Shown here piece by piece: positions 8,989 through 17,752 of a stretch of 64,000 nt of DNA. The stretch is taken from positions 160,001 to 224,000 of the forward strand of contig JBJOKS010000001.1 in assembly GCA_046045965.1 (NCBI GenBank), given 5' to 3'. Every line of letters starts with the position of its first letter. Within the stretch, counting starts at the first letter, position 1. Source of the DNA: Cyanobacteriota bacterium. GTDB lineage: Bacteria > Cyanobacteriota > Cyanobacteriia > Cyanobacteriales > Nostocaceae. Under the pieces are notes generated by a model that searched no databases, was not told where the DNA came from, and worked only from the letters and a program-made list of their open reading frames with translations. The position numbers were made by a program, and so were the translations under genes.

Positions 8989-9582
8989 TCACCTGTTCAT
9001 CCGACGAAATTCACCAGGAGTCTGACGCATGGGTTTTTCTGGGTTCCAGATGCCTTGTCCCATGAGTCTAGCCCAATGCTGGGCATTTTCTAAGCGGTCG
9101 TCGTATTTGTGATTAGGCGATCGCCCTACAAATAAAGCATACCCTTGTTTGAGGACTTGTTCATTCAAAAACATCTGATTTTTCCAAACATAAGCCAAAG
9201 TCCGTCCAAATTTGTCTTTGTTTTCCAAGTCAAACTCTAACTTGACAGATTTTTCCTCATCACCAATCAACTTTTCTATCAATGCTTTACCATCTTCTCC
9301 CCAAGGACGCTGACGCAAATCAGGTGCATCTAAACCAATTAAGCGGACTTGGGAAATTAAATTTGGTTGTTCACCTATCCCCAGCACTTCCAAAGTTTGT
9401 CCGCTGACAACCCGCGCTACTTTCACCTCAGCAGTGATATTTACCGGCTGATTTTTGGCTTGGCAACTGACCAACAACAACAAACAGGTTAAAATTGTCA
9501 TTTTTTGCGCCAAGATGCCCAGAGCGGGTACTAAAGCGGCGATTTTACCCTGTAAGTATCTGCACCCTGGTACAATTTTCAT
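8989..9582 (-). CDS. Thermonuclease (SNase-like) lipoprotein
   Basis: VRLIGLDAP, DKFGRTLAYVW, LNEQVLKQGYA, GIW; LVSC lipobox. Start uncertain. Confidence 0.88.
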   Translation of the reverse strand: MKIVPGCRYLQGKIAALVPALGILAQKMTILTCLLLLVSCQAKNQPVNITAEVKVARVVSGQTLEVLGIGEQPNLISQVRLIGLDAPDLRQRPWGEDGKALIEKLIGDEEKSVKLEFDLENKDKFGRTLAYVWKNQMFLNEQVLKQGYALFVGRSPNHKYDDRLENAQHWARLMGQGIWNPEKPMRQTPGEFRRMNR

Positions 9583-9591
9583 TTTTGTCCT

Positions 9592-9960
9592 CTAATCTTC
9601 ATCTAAGGGTAAACCCGCTTTGATTTTGCCCTTACCAAAAAAGCGCCCAAATTGAAGTTCATATACTTCATCTTCGTCCTGTGTTTCTACTTCTAAGTCA
9701 GAACGTGCATAACTCACACACAACAAAGCGTAACCTTGACGGCGTAAATCTGGGGATAGTCCAATGGCTTCCGGTTGGTAAATTTCTCCTGACAGCACCC
9801 TAACAGCGCAGGTTGTACAAGCACCATTTCGGCAAGAAAAAGGCATTTCTATGCCATTATGCTCGGCTGTGTGCAGGATATAACGGTCTTCTGGTACTTG
9901 CAGGGTGTGTGATACGCCTGTTTGGCGGTTGTGAACTCTGATTGTGTGGGTCTGAACCAT
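9592..9960 (-). CDS. Plant-type 2Fe-2S ferredoxin with C-terminal extension (Fed2/FdC2-like)
   Basis: CRNGACTTC...LLC motif; tail YELQFGRFFG. Confidence 0.9.
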   Translation of the reverse strand: MVQTHTIRVHNRQTGVSHTLQVPEDRYILHTAEHNGIEMPFSCRNGACTTCAVRVLSGEIYQPEAIGLSPDLRRQGYALLCVSYARSDLEVETQDEDEVYELQFGRFFGKGKIKAGLPLDED

Positions 9961-10066
9961 CTTGATTTTTGCTTGGGAATTTGGGATTTTTATTCATTGT
10001 AAAAATATCTTGTGAAATATTTGCATTTTTTGGGTTTTTGTTTTATTATTGAAATTCATGGCACCT

Positions 10067-10153
10067 GGAGAGGTGGCCGAGTGGTTGAAGGCGCAGACCT
10101 GGAAAGTCTGTTATGCAGAAATGTATACGAGGGTTCGAATCCCTCCCTCTCCG
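10067..10153 (+). tRNA. tRNA-Ser (GGA)
   Basis: Acceptor GGAGAGG/CCTCTCC-G; anticodon arm CAGAC-CTGGAAA-GTCTG; long variable arm; T-arm GAGGG-TTCGAAT-CCCTC; CCA not encoded. Confidence 0.96.
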
Positions 10154-10182
10154 TTTATAAAGCAAATTTGAATATTTAAGTT

Positions 10183-10220
10183 GACCCAGATTGGTAAAAG
10201 CCGTCTGGGTTAATTTTTTA
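10183..10220 (+). terminator. Putative intrinsic terminator after the tRNA
   Basis: GACCCAGA...TCTGGGTT stem followed by a T-run. Confidence 0.6.
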
Positions 10221-10359
10221 TTGGGTAAAATGTGATCCGAAAATAAACGCTAAAATTGACCTTTCGCTCTAAAAAGTGGCGAAAATTACCTTATTAACGT
10301 AATTTATCAGGCTGCTATGTGGTACATTTATGAAATATTTGAAATAACAGCCTGGTACT

Positions 10360-10743
10360 ATGTCGGACACATCCAATTTTCAAATTACCATTGCTTTCAC
10401 TGATACAGACTTAGACAACGAAGACAAAAATCAGGAAGTGCAGAAGCTACTGAGTCAAATGCAGAAGCTAGATGAAATAGAAGACGTTAACCGCGTTCTT
10501 GACCCCAACCCCCCGGAGGGAAACAAAGCTGGAGGAGGTTTTTTACCCGGACTACTAACAGCACAAGTTAACCCAGCCAACTTTTTGAAATTATTTGGAT
10601 TTTTGGCAGAACGTTTGGGTAACAAACCGATTAAACTCAATGTTAAAGCCCCAGATGGTCGGGAAATAAACGTCGAAGCCAGCAGTAAAGAAGAATTTGA
10701 ATTTGCTTGGCAAAAAGCACAAGATTTTATTAATAACAAATAA
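10360..10743 (+). CDS. Effector-associated constant component (EACC1)-like protein
   Basis: Acidic helix, P-PEGNKAGG turn, hydrophobic hairpin, then beta strands; ends 9 nt before a caspase-domain gene. Family assigned from pattern and context. Confidence 0.6.
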   Translation: MSDTSNFQITIAFTDTDLDNEDKNQEVQKLLSQMQKLDEIEDVNRVLDPNPPEGNKAGGGFLPGLLTAQVNPANFLKLFGFLAERLGNKPIKLNVKAPDGREINVEASSKEEFEFAWQKAQDFINNK

Positions 10744-10752
10744 GGCTGGACA

Positions 10753-12525
10753 ATGGCGAGAATTGCACTATTGATAGGAGTAAGTGAATATGAACCAGGC
10801 TTAAATCGACTGGCTGGGGCTGTAAAAGATGTGGACGCAATGCGGCGAGTTTTACAGCATCCAGAAATGGGTGGTTTTGCTGAGAGTGAAATTATAGTCA
10901 TGCAAAATCCCCAACGACAGGATATGGAAAATGCTATTGAAAAGCTTTTTGCTAACCGTCAGAAAGATGATTTATTGTTGCTTTATTTCTCCGGTCATGG
11001 AATTACAGATGATAGTGGGAGGTTATATCTAACTAATAGCCAAACTCACAAATATGACAATGGTAATTTAGTTATAACTAGTGCTACTTCTGCCAGTTTA
11101 ATACATCAATTTATGGACAATGGGCATTGTAAGTCTAAACGACAGGTGATTATTCTTGACTGTTGTTATAGCGGAGCTTTTGCGGAAGGGATGAAAGTAA
11201 AAGATGGTGGTAGTGTAGATATTAATAAGCAATTAGGAGGAAAAGGTAGGGCAGTTTTGACTTCTTCCTCTTGTGGCGAATATTCTTTTGAACAAAGAGG
11301 AGAAGAATTATCAGTTTATACCCGTTACATTGTTGAAGGTATTGAAACTGGTGCGGCTGATACTGACAACGATGGTATGATTTCTGTGGACGAATTACAT
11401 GAATATGCCTTCAAAAAAGTGCAGGAAGCAGCACCAGCAATGAGTCCAAAAATTTATGCTGTGGAAGAAGGTTATAAAATTAAGGTAGCAAATGCACCTG
11501 TTGGTAATCCCAAATTAAAATATCGCAAGGAAGTAGAAAAATATTTACGAGATGGTAAAATTTCAACTATTGGTAATCGAATTTTAAAACGTTATCAAAA
11601 TGAATTGGGTTTATCAGATGATGAAGTTAAGGAAATACAGGATGAAGTTTTAGAACCTATTCGTAGATATCAAGCTAATTTGAAAGAGTATGAAGAAGCT
11701 TTGCGAGAAGCTTTGGAAGATGAAACAAGTCTTAGCCAAGAGACACAAAATGAGTTAAAACACTTTCAGCAAGTTTTACAACTTAGAGATGAGGATGTAG
11801 AACCTATTCACGATAGGTTAATTTTGTCTTCAAATCATCCCTCAGAACAAACAATCATTGCACCTCCTCAAACTACTCAACCTTTAGAACTGCTTAACTC
11901 ATATCTTGGTTCTCAACCAAACATTTCAGCAGTTGAGGCTGGAGAGATTATTAAGTCAGGTCAAAATATACAAGCTCCTACTCAAACAGATGACCTGTCA
12001 TCAGAAAGAGGCATAGACTACACCACACTGCGCGACTTACTAGCAGCACAAAAATGGCAGGAAGCAGATACAGAAACCTACGAAGTAATGATTAAAGCTG
12101 TAGGTAAAAAGTCTGGGGACTGGTTTACAAGTGATGAATTATTAAATTTCCCATGTAAAGACCTCCGCACAATTGACCAATTGTGGGTAAAATACAGTAA
12201 TGGACGATTTGGGTTTAGCGTCCAAAAGGAAATTTACTTGAGTGTTGGTGGTAAGCCTGATGGCGAGTATGACTCAGTTGCCTGGGTTAGATTTGCTAAA
12301 AAAGTAGGATGGAAAAACGAAGAAGATAAATGGATAGAAAAGGTAAAATTTTATACCTCAGCCCCGAAAGGACACTTACCTGTAAGTTTGGATTGGAGAT
12401 TAAGTTGGATAGAGGATGAATGGGAAGGATTAGAAGGATTGAGTTGGGAGTTATGGGAAGTATGGATGAGTTGGGTGGTTGGTTTCTCTTCTCTCGCATC
12501 GAGACTTGTAAACTGTAACATCTAA
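10753..12525 (+). CDS. Caspase-like (peptidase C14) protein with helical linker and C-terminal GUN4 domain
   Basis: ALLIGVSEY; YFSGHG (His) and ILDCCYSG (Cys) dyad; GUN4 motifs DYTTLRDLLAAQKWQEADTET, FPCKDLRTIDQLWVKYSNGRFGFSVQ, APKGHLP. Confidence 0.92.
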   Translation: MARIALLIGVSEYEPGLNRLAGAVKDVDAMRRVLQHPEMGGFAESEIIVMQNPQRQDMENAIEKLFANRQKDDLLLLYFSGHGITDDSGRLYLTNSQTHKYDNGNLVITSATSASLIHQFMDNGHCKSKRQVIILDCCYSGAFAEGMKVKDGGSVDINKQLGGKGRAVLTSSSCGEYSFEQRGEELSVYTRYIVEGIETGAADTDNDGMISVDELHEYAFKKVQEAAPAMSPKIYAVEEGYKIKVANAPVGNPKLKYRKEVEKYLRDGKISTIGNRILKRYQNELGLSDDEVKEIQDEVLEPIRRYQANLKEYEEALREALEDETSLSQETQNELKHFQQVLQLRDEDVEPIHDRLILSSNHPSEQTIIAPPQTTQPLELLNSYLGSQPNISAVEAGEIIKSGQNIQAPTQTDDLSSERGIDYTTLRDLLAAQKWQEADTETYEVMIKAVGKKSGDWFTSDELLNFPCKDLRTIDQLWVKYSNGRFGFSVQKEIYLSVGGKPDGEYDSVAWVRFAKKVGWKNEEDKWIEKVKFYTSAPKGHLPVSLDWRLSWIEDEWEGLEGLSWELWEVWMSWVVGFSSLASRLVNCNI

Positions 12526-12558
12526 GGCTTTCAGAAATCTGTAAATATTTATTACAAC

Positions 12559-13314
12559 CTACTTTCCCACGGAAGAATCAACATTTGCGAATTTCGTTAC
12601 CTGGCACGGCGGGGTTATCTCCTGCACCTCCGTACTTTCTGTTACCCTCTGCTTATCCCAAGGTAAACTCATCTGTCCTGGTGACTTCTTGCTTTTACCG
12701 CTTTTCTTCATCGACGGTAAAAACCGACTTCCCCAATAGTTTCTTTTTTCTGGTTTGGCCTTTGGTTTATACTTCTTGCAAAACCGCCGATATTTAGCTG
12801 CACATTCTTCCAGAGTCCTCCCCAATTGCAAAAATGCCGGATGCCATTGAGTGATACCATCATTACTCAAGCGGTCATGAGTACCATAATTACTAAAATC
12901 ATAAAAAAAGCCTTGTTGTATTCCTGCTGCTTTCGGGTTAGCGTGGATATAGCGTAAAGTATTTAAGGCACGACGATAATCTGTATTTTCAAACCCTGTA
13001 CTGTGGTATCGCTTTTCCCAAAAATGACCTGTACGGTTCAGCATCCGATTAAAACACATAGCAGTGTACCAGTTTAACCAGTGCATAACTTTTGGTAATT
13101 CTTCTGGCTGTTTTGGTTCTAGGAGATAATGAACATGATTACTCATAATGCACAGTGCATAGAGTTTAAAACCATACTTTTGTTGTGCTTTTTTAATCGC
13201 ATAAAGAAAAACTTCACGACATTCTAACCGTGTAAGTCGAAATTCGCGGTTATTGCAACGGGTAGTGATGTGATAACAGAAACCTGGTTGAAAATTGCGT
13301 TTTGGACGAGACAT
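12559..13314 (-). CDS. Y1 HUH transposase/nuclease, REP-associated tyrosine transposase (RAYT)-like
   Basis: YHITTRCNN, CIMSNHVHYL (HUH), GHFWEKRY, YIHANP (catalytic Tyr), FSNY. ATG at 13314 preferred. Confidence 0.88.
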   Translation of the reverse strand: MSRPKRNFQPGFCYHITTRCNNREFRLTRLECREVFLYAIKKAQQKYGFKLYALCIMSNHVHYLLEPKQPEELPKVMHWLNWYTAMCFNRMLNRTGHFWEKRYHSTGFENTDYRRALNTLRYIHANPKAAGIQQGFFYDFSNYGTHDRLSNDGITQWHPAFLQLGRTLEECAAKYRRFCKKYKPKAKPEKRNYWGSRFLPSMKKSGKSKKSPGQMSLPWDKQRVTESTEVQEITPPCQVTKFANVDSSVGK

Positions 13315-13327
13315 GGAGATAACAATT

Positions 13328-13483
13328 TTAGGCAAATAATTCACCACCAGCAGACCGGGGTATGATATGCTCAAATTCAAAAGTTGTAACTGTTAAATAT
13401 TCAGCAGTACGACAGTAAGCACAACAATCTGAAAAACAATGACGAATTTTTGTTTGTAATTCAACAGAAATATAAACACTCAC
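13328..13483 (-). pseudogene. Truncated HNH endonuclease
   Basis: Manual translation MSVYISVELQTKIRHCFSDCCAYCRTAEYLTVTTFEFEHIIPRSAGGELFA*: has CxxC and EHIIPxSxGG but lacks the N and second CxxC; GTGA overlap with the upstream gene. Confidence 0.85.
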
Positions 13484-13821
13484 GCTACTCTAGATTTGTT
13501 TTGAAGTTGGTTTAATGTATATCTTGCTCTAGTTTTAAGAATATTCAATTGATCAATCTGTGCTATTAATCTTTCTAAAGTTTCACTTTCTTCATTTGAC
13601 AATTGATTCTCAGAATTTTTCATTAATAACTCATCTAATCGAATCTGACTTTTAAGAGACAAAGAAGTTTCTGCTAAAGCTTGCAACTCATCCAAACTTA
13701 AACCAATCAATAATTCAGTATCTGCTGATAAATTGGTTAGCTGTTGGTAAGTTTCCAGATTTAACAATACACCAACTTTTTCTCCCTGGGTATTAGTTAT
13801 ATACTGCACTGATTCAGACAT
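13480..13821 (-). CDS. Hypothetical antitoxin-like partner of the HNH gene
   Basis: 113-aa ORF translationally coupled to the HNH remnant; C-terminal RLDELL...LKTRA helix. Confidence 0.7.
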   Translation of the reverse strand: MSESVQYITNTQGEKVGVLLNLETYQQLTNLSADTELLIGLSLDELQALAETSLSLKSQIRLDELLMKNSENQLSNEESETLERLIAQIDQLNILKTRARYTLNQLQNKSRVA

Positions 13822-13930
13822 GGTTTGGCTGTTGTATGATTAGTTGTATTGTAACTTTTTATAAAAATAAAATTTTATAAGATGTAACAAATATTTATAA
13901 TCAAAATATCTAGGAAAACTATCTAAAAAT

Positions 13931-14320
13931 ATGAGTAACCAAATCACAATTACTCTACCAGATGACGTTTACCAAAAAGCTGAACACTTCGCACGTTTAG
14001 CAAACCGTGATTTAGCCAGCGTCTTAATTGAGACTATCCAATTATCCATCCCACCTGTTAGCCAAGAAGCAGCAACCCTTGAACCTGTATCAACACTTTC
14101 TGAGCAGCAAGTTTTAGCTTTGACAGAATTACAAATGAAATCTGAAGAAGATAGCCGTTTGAGTGAATTGCTAGACAGACAACAAGCTGGTATTCTCACA
14201 GATTTAGAACATTCTGAATTACAAGCACTCATGCAAATTTACCAAGAAGGTTTATTGCGAAAAGCTACTGCATTGAGTGAAGCTGTAAAACGTGGGTTAA
14301 TTAAAAAGTTAGATGAGTGA
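13931..14320 (+). CDS. Hypothetical antitoxin-like protein (RHH-like N-terminus), distant paralog of 13480-13821
   Basis: QITITLPDDVY N-terminus; RLSELL...LRKATA C-terminal motif resembles the neighbour. Confidence 0.7.
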   Translation: MSNQITITLPDDVYQKAEHFARLANRDLASVLIETIQLSIPPVSQEAATLEPVSTLSEQQVLALTELQMKSEEDSRLSELLDRQQAGILTDLEHSELQALMQIYQEGLLRKATALSEAVKRGLIKKLDE

Positions 14321-14337
14321 GTTCTAGGAGAGAAAAA

Positions 14338-14502
14338 ATGAGCGTTTCAATTGAGCGTATTTTAAGTGAAATTGATCAATTGACTCTAGTAGAACAGATG
14401 CAAGTATTAGAGCATTTGGTGAAGCAGATGAAGCAATCTGTAGAAGCTGTAGCGGTAACTCCAAAGCCTAAGTATGGAGGCAGCCTTAATGAAGCTAAGT
14501 GA
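14338..14502 (+). CDS. Short hypothetical protein, possibly a truncated antitoxin-like gene
   Basis: AGGAG RBS then ATG; MSVSIERILSEIDQLTLVEQMQVLEHLVKQMK helical pattern. Confidence 0.4.
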   Translation: MSVSIERILSEIDQLTLVEQMQVLEHLVKQMKQSVEAVAVTPKPKYGGSLNEAK

Positions 14503-14723
14503 TGCTTTTGCAGAGGTAGCAAAGGGGATATCAGCTATACCGAAATTCTCAATGATCGTAAAATCGGCTAAAATGGCAAAATGTCATGAAAAACCGATTA
14601 TCCAAATATAACTATAATTTTACCCAGTCATCCCCATTCTGAACACTAACGCACCAAGTGAAATGTTGTAGCGGGGGAAAATCAAGTTAAAAATAAGTAG
14701 GTTAAAGAAACGGGGAAACTAAC

Positions 14724-16154
14724 GTGAGTTCTGGATTTGATTACGATTTAGTGATTATTGGCGCGGGTGTAGGTGGTCATGGCGCAGCCCTACACGCTGT
14801 CAATTATGGTCTGAAAACAGCGATTATTGAAGCAGCAGACATGGGGGGAACCTGTGTTAACCGAGGTTGTATTCCCTCTAAGGCGCTTTTAGCTGCTTCC
14901 GGAAGGGTGCGGGAGTTACGCAACGCTCACCACCTGAAATCTTTGGGAATTCAAATTGGTAATGTAGAATTTGATCGGCAAGCGATCGCAAATCATGCTG
15001 ATAATCTTGTTTCTAAAATTCAAGGTGACTTAACCAACAGTCTCAAACGGTTGGGAGTCGATATTATCCGGGGTTGGGGAAAAGTCGCTGGTTCACAAAA
15101 AGTCACCGTCTCTACAGATAGCGGTGAAAAAACCATCACAGCCCAAAATATCATTCTTTCCCCCGGTTCTGTTCCCTTCGTTCCTCCCGGAATTGAAGTA
15201 GATGGCAAAACAGTATTTACCAGCGACCAAGGGGTAAAATTAGAATCTCTACCCCAGTGGATAGCAATTATTGGTAGTGGTTACATCGGTTTGGAATTTT
15301 CTGATATTTACACTGCTTTGGGTTGTGAAGTCACAATGATTGAAGCCCTAGATGTGTTAATGCCAGGATTTGACCGTGATATTGCTAAACTGGCAGAACG
15401 GGTTTTAATTACTCCCCGCGATATTGAAACCAAAGTGGGAATATACGCAAAGAAAATCATTCCTGGTTCTCCAGTGGTGATTGAATTAGCAGATTTCCAA
15501 ACTAAAGAAGATTTAGAAGTGTTGGAAGTTGATGCTTGTTTAGTAGCTACAGGTCGCATCCCCGCTACTAAAAATCTGGGTTTAGATTCTGTGGGTGTGG
15601 AACTGGATAAACGGAATTTCATCCCTGTTAACGATGGAATGGCCGTACTTTCAGCAGGTGAAGTAGTCCCCCATCTGTATGCAATTGGTGATGCTAACGG
15701 GAAAATGATGTTAGCTCACGCGGCTTCGGCTCAAGGTATCATTGCGGTAGAAAATATCCTGGGTAAAAACAAAAAAGTAGACTATCGCAGTATTCCCGCA
15801 GCAGCTTTTACCCACCCCGAAGTTAGTTATGTGGGTTTAACAGAACCAGCTGCTCAAGAATTGGGTTTAGCTGAAGGCTTTGAAATTGGAACAAGTAAGA
15901 GTTACTTCAAAGGCAATTCTAAAGCTTTAGCAGAAAATGAAGCTGATGGTATCGCTAAAGTGATTTATCGTAAAGATACAGGTGAAGTCTTAGGTGTGCA
16001 TATTTTCGGTTTACACGCTTCTGATTTGATTCATGAAGCATCCGCCGCAGTTGCTAACCGTCAATCTGTAAAAGACCTCGCTTATTTAGTTCACGCCCAT
16101 CCTACACTATCAGAAGTGTTAGATGAAGCCTATAAACGAGCGATCGCAAGTTAG
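14724..16154 (+). CDS. lpdA: Dihydrolipoamide dehydrogenase
   Basis: [27 protein letters not shown]. Confidence 0.97.
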   Translation: MSSGFDYDLVIIGAGVGGHGAALHAVNYGLKTAIIEAADMGGTCVNRGCIPSKALLAASGRVRELRNAHHLKSLGIQIGNVEFDRQAIANHADNLVSKIQGDLTNSLKRLGVDIIRGWGKVAGSQKVTVSTDSGEKTITAQNIILSPGSVPFVPPGIEVDGKTVFTSDQGVKLESLPQWIAIIGSGYIGLEFSDIYTALGCEVTMIEALDVLMPGFDRDIAKLAERVLITPRDIETKVGIYAKKIIPGSPVVIELADFQTKEDLEVLEVDACLVATGRIPATKNLGLDSVGVELDKRNFIPVNDGMAVLSAGEVVPHLYAIGDANGKMMLAHAASAQGIIAVENILGKNKKVDYRSIPAAAFTHPEVSYVGLTEPAAQELGLAEGFEIGTSKSYFKGNSKALAENEADGIAKVIYRKDTGEVLGVHIFGLHASDLIHEASAAVANRQSVKDLAYLVHAHPTLSEVLDEAYKRAIAS

Positions 16155-16313
16155 GTGATTGGTGATTGGTGATTGGTGATTGGTGATTGGGAATCATAAA
16201 AATTGATTACCCAGTCCCTATCTTCCCAGTTCCCAGTCCCTATCTTCCCAGTCCCTATCTTCCCAGTCCCCAGTCCCCAGTCCCCATTCCCCATTCCCCA
16301 TTCCCCAGTCCCC
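16155..16313. repeat. STRR arrays (GGTGATT; CCCCAGT/CCCCATT)
   Basis: Tandem heptamers between lpdA and trpC. Confidence 0.88.
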
Positions 16314-16316
16314 AAA

Positions 16317-17201
16317 ATGCAAATCCGTCGTCGTTCACCTAGTCCCGCTATTGATGTATCTATTATTCGCTACCAAGCAGTTTTAGATGATGCAGCGCCA
16401 AATCATATTTTAGAAGAAATTGTTTGGCAAAAAGAAATAGAAGTTGAGCAAATGCGGGAAAAGCTGCCTTTGCCAGAATTGCAGAAAAAAGCTCTCACAG
16501 CACCGCCAACCCGTGATTTTATCGCTGCATTACGTCAAGGTAAAACCAAACCCGCCCTAATTGCAGAAGTTAAAAAAGCTTCTCCTAGTAAGGGAGTTTT
16601 ACGGGCAGATTTTGACCCTGTAGAAATTGCTAAAGCCTATCAAGACGGTGGTGCTAGTTGTCTTTCAGTTCTCACAGATACAAAGTTTTTTCAAGGTAGT
16701 TTTGAAAACTTATCTCTAGTACGTGCTGCCGTAGATTTGCCATTGTTATGTAAGGAATTTATCATTTATCCTTATCAAATGTATTTGGCGCGAATTAATG
16801 GTGCAGATGCGGTTTTATTGATAGCGGCAATTCTCAGTGATCAAGATTTACAATACTTTGTCAAAATTGCTAATAAGCTAAATATGGCTGCTTTGATAGA
16901 AGTCCATAGTTTAGAAGAACTTGACAGAGTTTTATCCTTAGATGGTGTTTCTTTAGTTGGTATAAATAATCGCAACTTAGCAGATTTTTCCGTTGACTTA
17001 CAAACTACCTGTCAATTACTCAAAGACAGAGGTAGTCAATTACAAGCTAAAAATATTCTGGTAGTGAGTGAATCAGGAATTCATCACCCAGAGGATTTAA
17101 GTGTAGTAGAAACAGCCGGCGCAACAGCTGTACTCATTGGTGAGTCTTTGGTAAAACAACCAGATCCGAAATTAGCAATTACTAATCTTTTTGGTAAATA
17201 G
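16317..17201 (+). CDS. trpC: Indole-3-glycerol phosphate synthase
   Basis: [31 protein letters not shown]; the ORF-track N-terminal extension is STRR-derived. Confidence 0.96.
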   Translation: MQIRRRSPSPAIDVSIIRYQAVLDDAAPNHILEEIVWQKEIEVEQMREKLPLPELQKKALTAPPTRDFIAALRQGKTKPALIAEVKKASPSKGVLRADFDPVEIAKAYQDGGASCLSVLTDTKFFQGSFENLSLVRAAVDLPLLCKEFIIYPYQMYLARINGADAVLLIAAILSDQDLQYFVKIANKLNMAALIEVHSLEELDRVLSLDGVSLVGINNRNLADFSVDLQTTCQLLKDRGSQLQAKNILVVSESGIHHPEDLSVVETAGATAVLIGESLVKQPDPKLAITNLFGK

Positions 17202-17293
17202 GACTGGGGACTGGGGACTAGGGACTGGGGACTGGGGACTGGGGAATCAATTTTATTTTTCCCAATTACCAATGCCCAATGCCCAATGCCCAA
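17201..17293. repeat. STRR arrays (GGGGACT; CCCAATG)
   Basis: Tandem heptamers. Confidence 0.85.
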
Positions 17294-17361
17294 ATCTTTT
17301 TTATTATGTAACAATTTATTGAACAAGATAATCAGATAAAATCTCGCATTGGCAATCTTAT

Positions 17362-17619
17362 ATGAATTTCATGGAGCAACTTCCTTTACCAGCGCCTATC
17401 CACTATGAACTTATACTGCAACTGTTAGAAAAGCAAACAATGAGTGCTGTAAATAATAACCAGAACTTACGGCACGAAGTCAGTCAGCTAATTATTACCC
17501 TGCGAAAAGCTGCCGCACAACAAAAGCGATTAGAGGAAATTTGTCAAGCTTCTTCTTTCGCTGTAGACCATCGGTGGTCCATCAATCATCAGAGCGGAAA
17601 AACTGTTACTTCTGATTGA
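17362..17619 (+). CDS. Conserved cyanobacterial small protein (DUF5340-like)
   Basis: LPLPAPIHYELILQLLE...LIITLRKA pattern recalled from this family. Confidence 0.65.
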   Translation: MNFMEQLPLPAPIHYELILQLLEKQTMSAVNNNQNLRHEVSQLIITLRKAAAQQKRLEEICQASSFAVDHRWSINHQSGKTVTSD

Positions 17620-17752
17620 TACCTAGAGCAGATGTCACGCTCTGTTGGTACTATAATCTGATGAAATTGGTAAATGAATATCTACAATTTGCCATTGGAT
17701 TTAACCATCCTCACACAATTTTGACTCTTATTGGATTTTTAGGATAGAGATA

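Noticed and set aside
12381..12525. Canonical DGR variable repeat
   Set aside because: No reverse transcriptase, avd or template repeat seen in the window, and the bias is against C rather than A; a remote DGR cannot be excluded from this window alone.
13315..13380. N-terminal 22 aa of the RAYT ORF
   Set aside because: Overlaps the HNH remnant in another frame; ATG 13314 is the more plausible start.
16203..16316. Pro-rich N-terminal extension of TrpC
   Set aside because: Translation of STRR DNA; the real start is likely ATG 16317.
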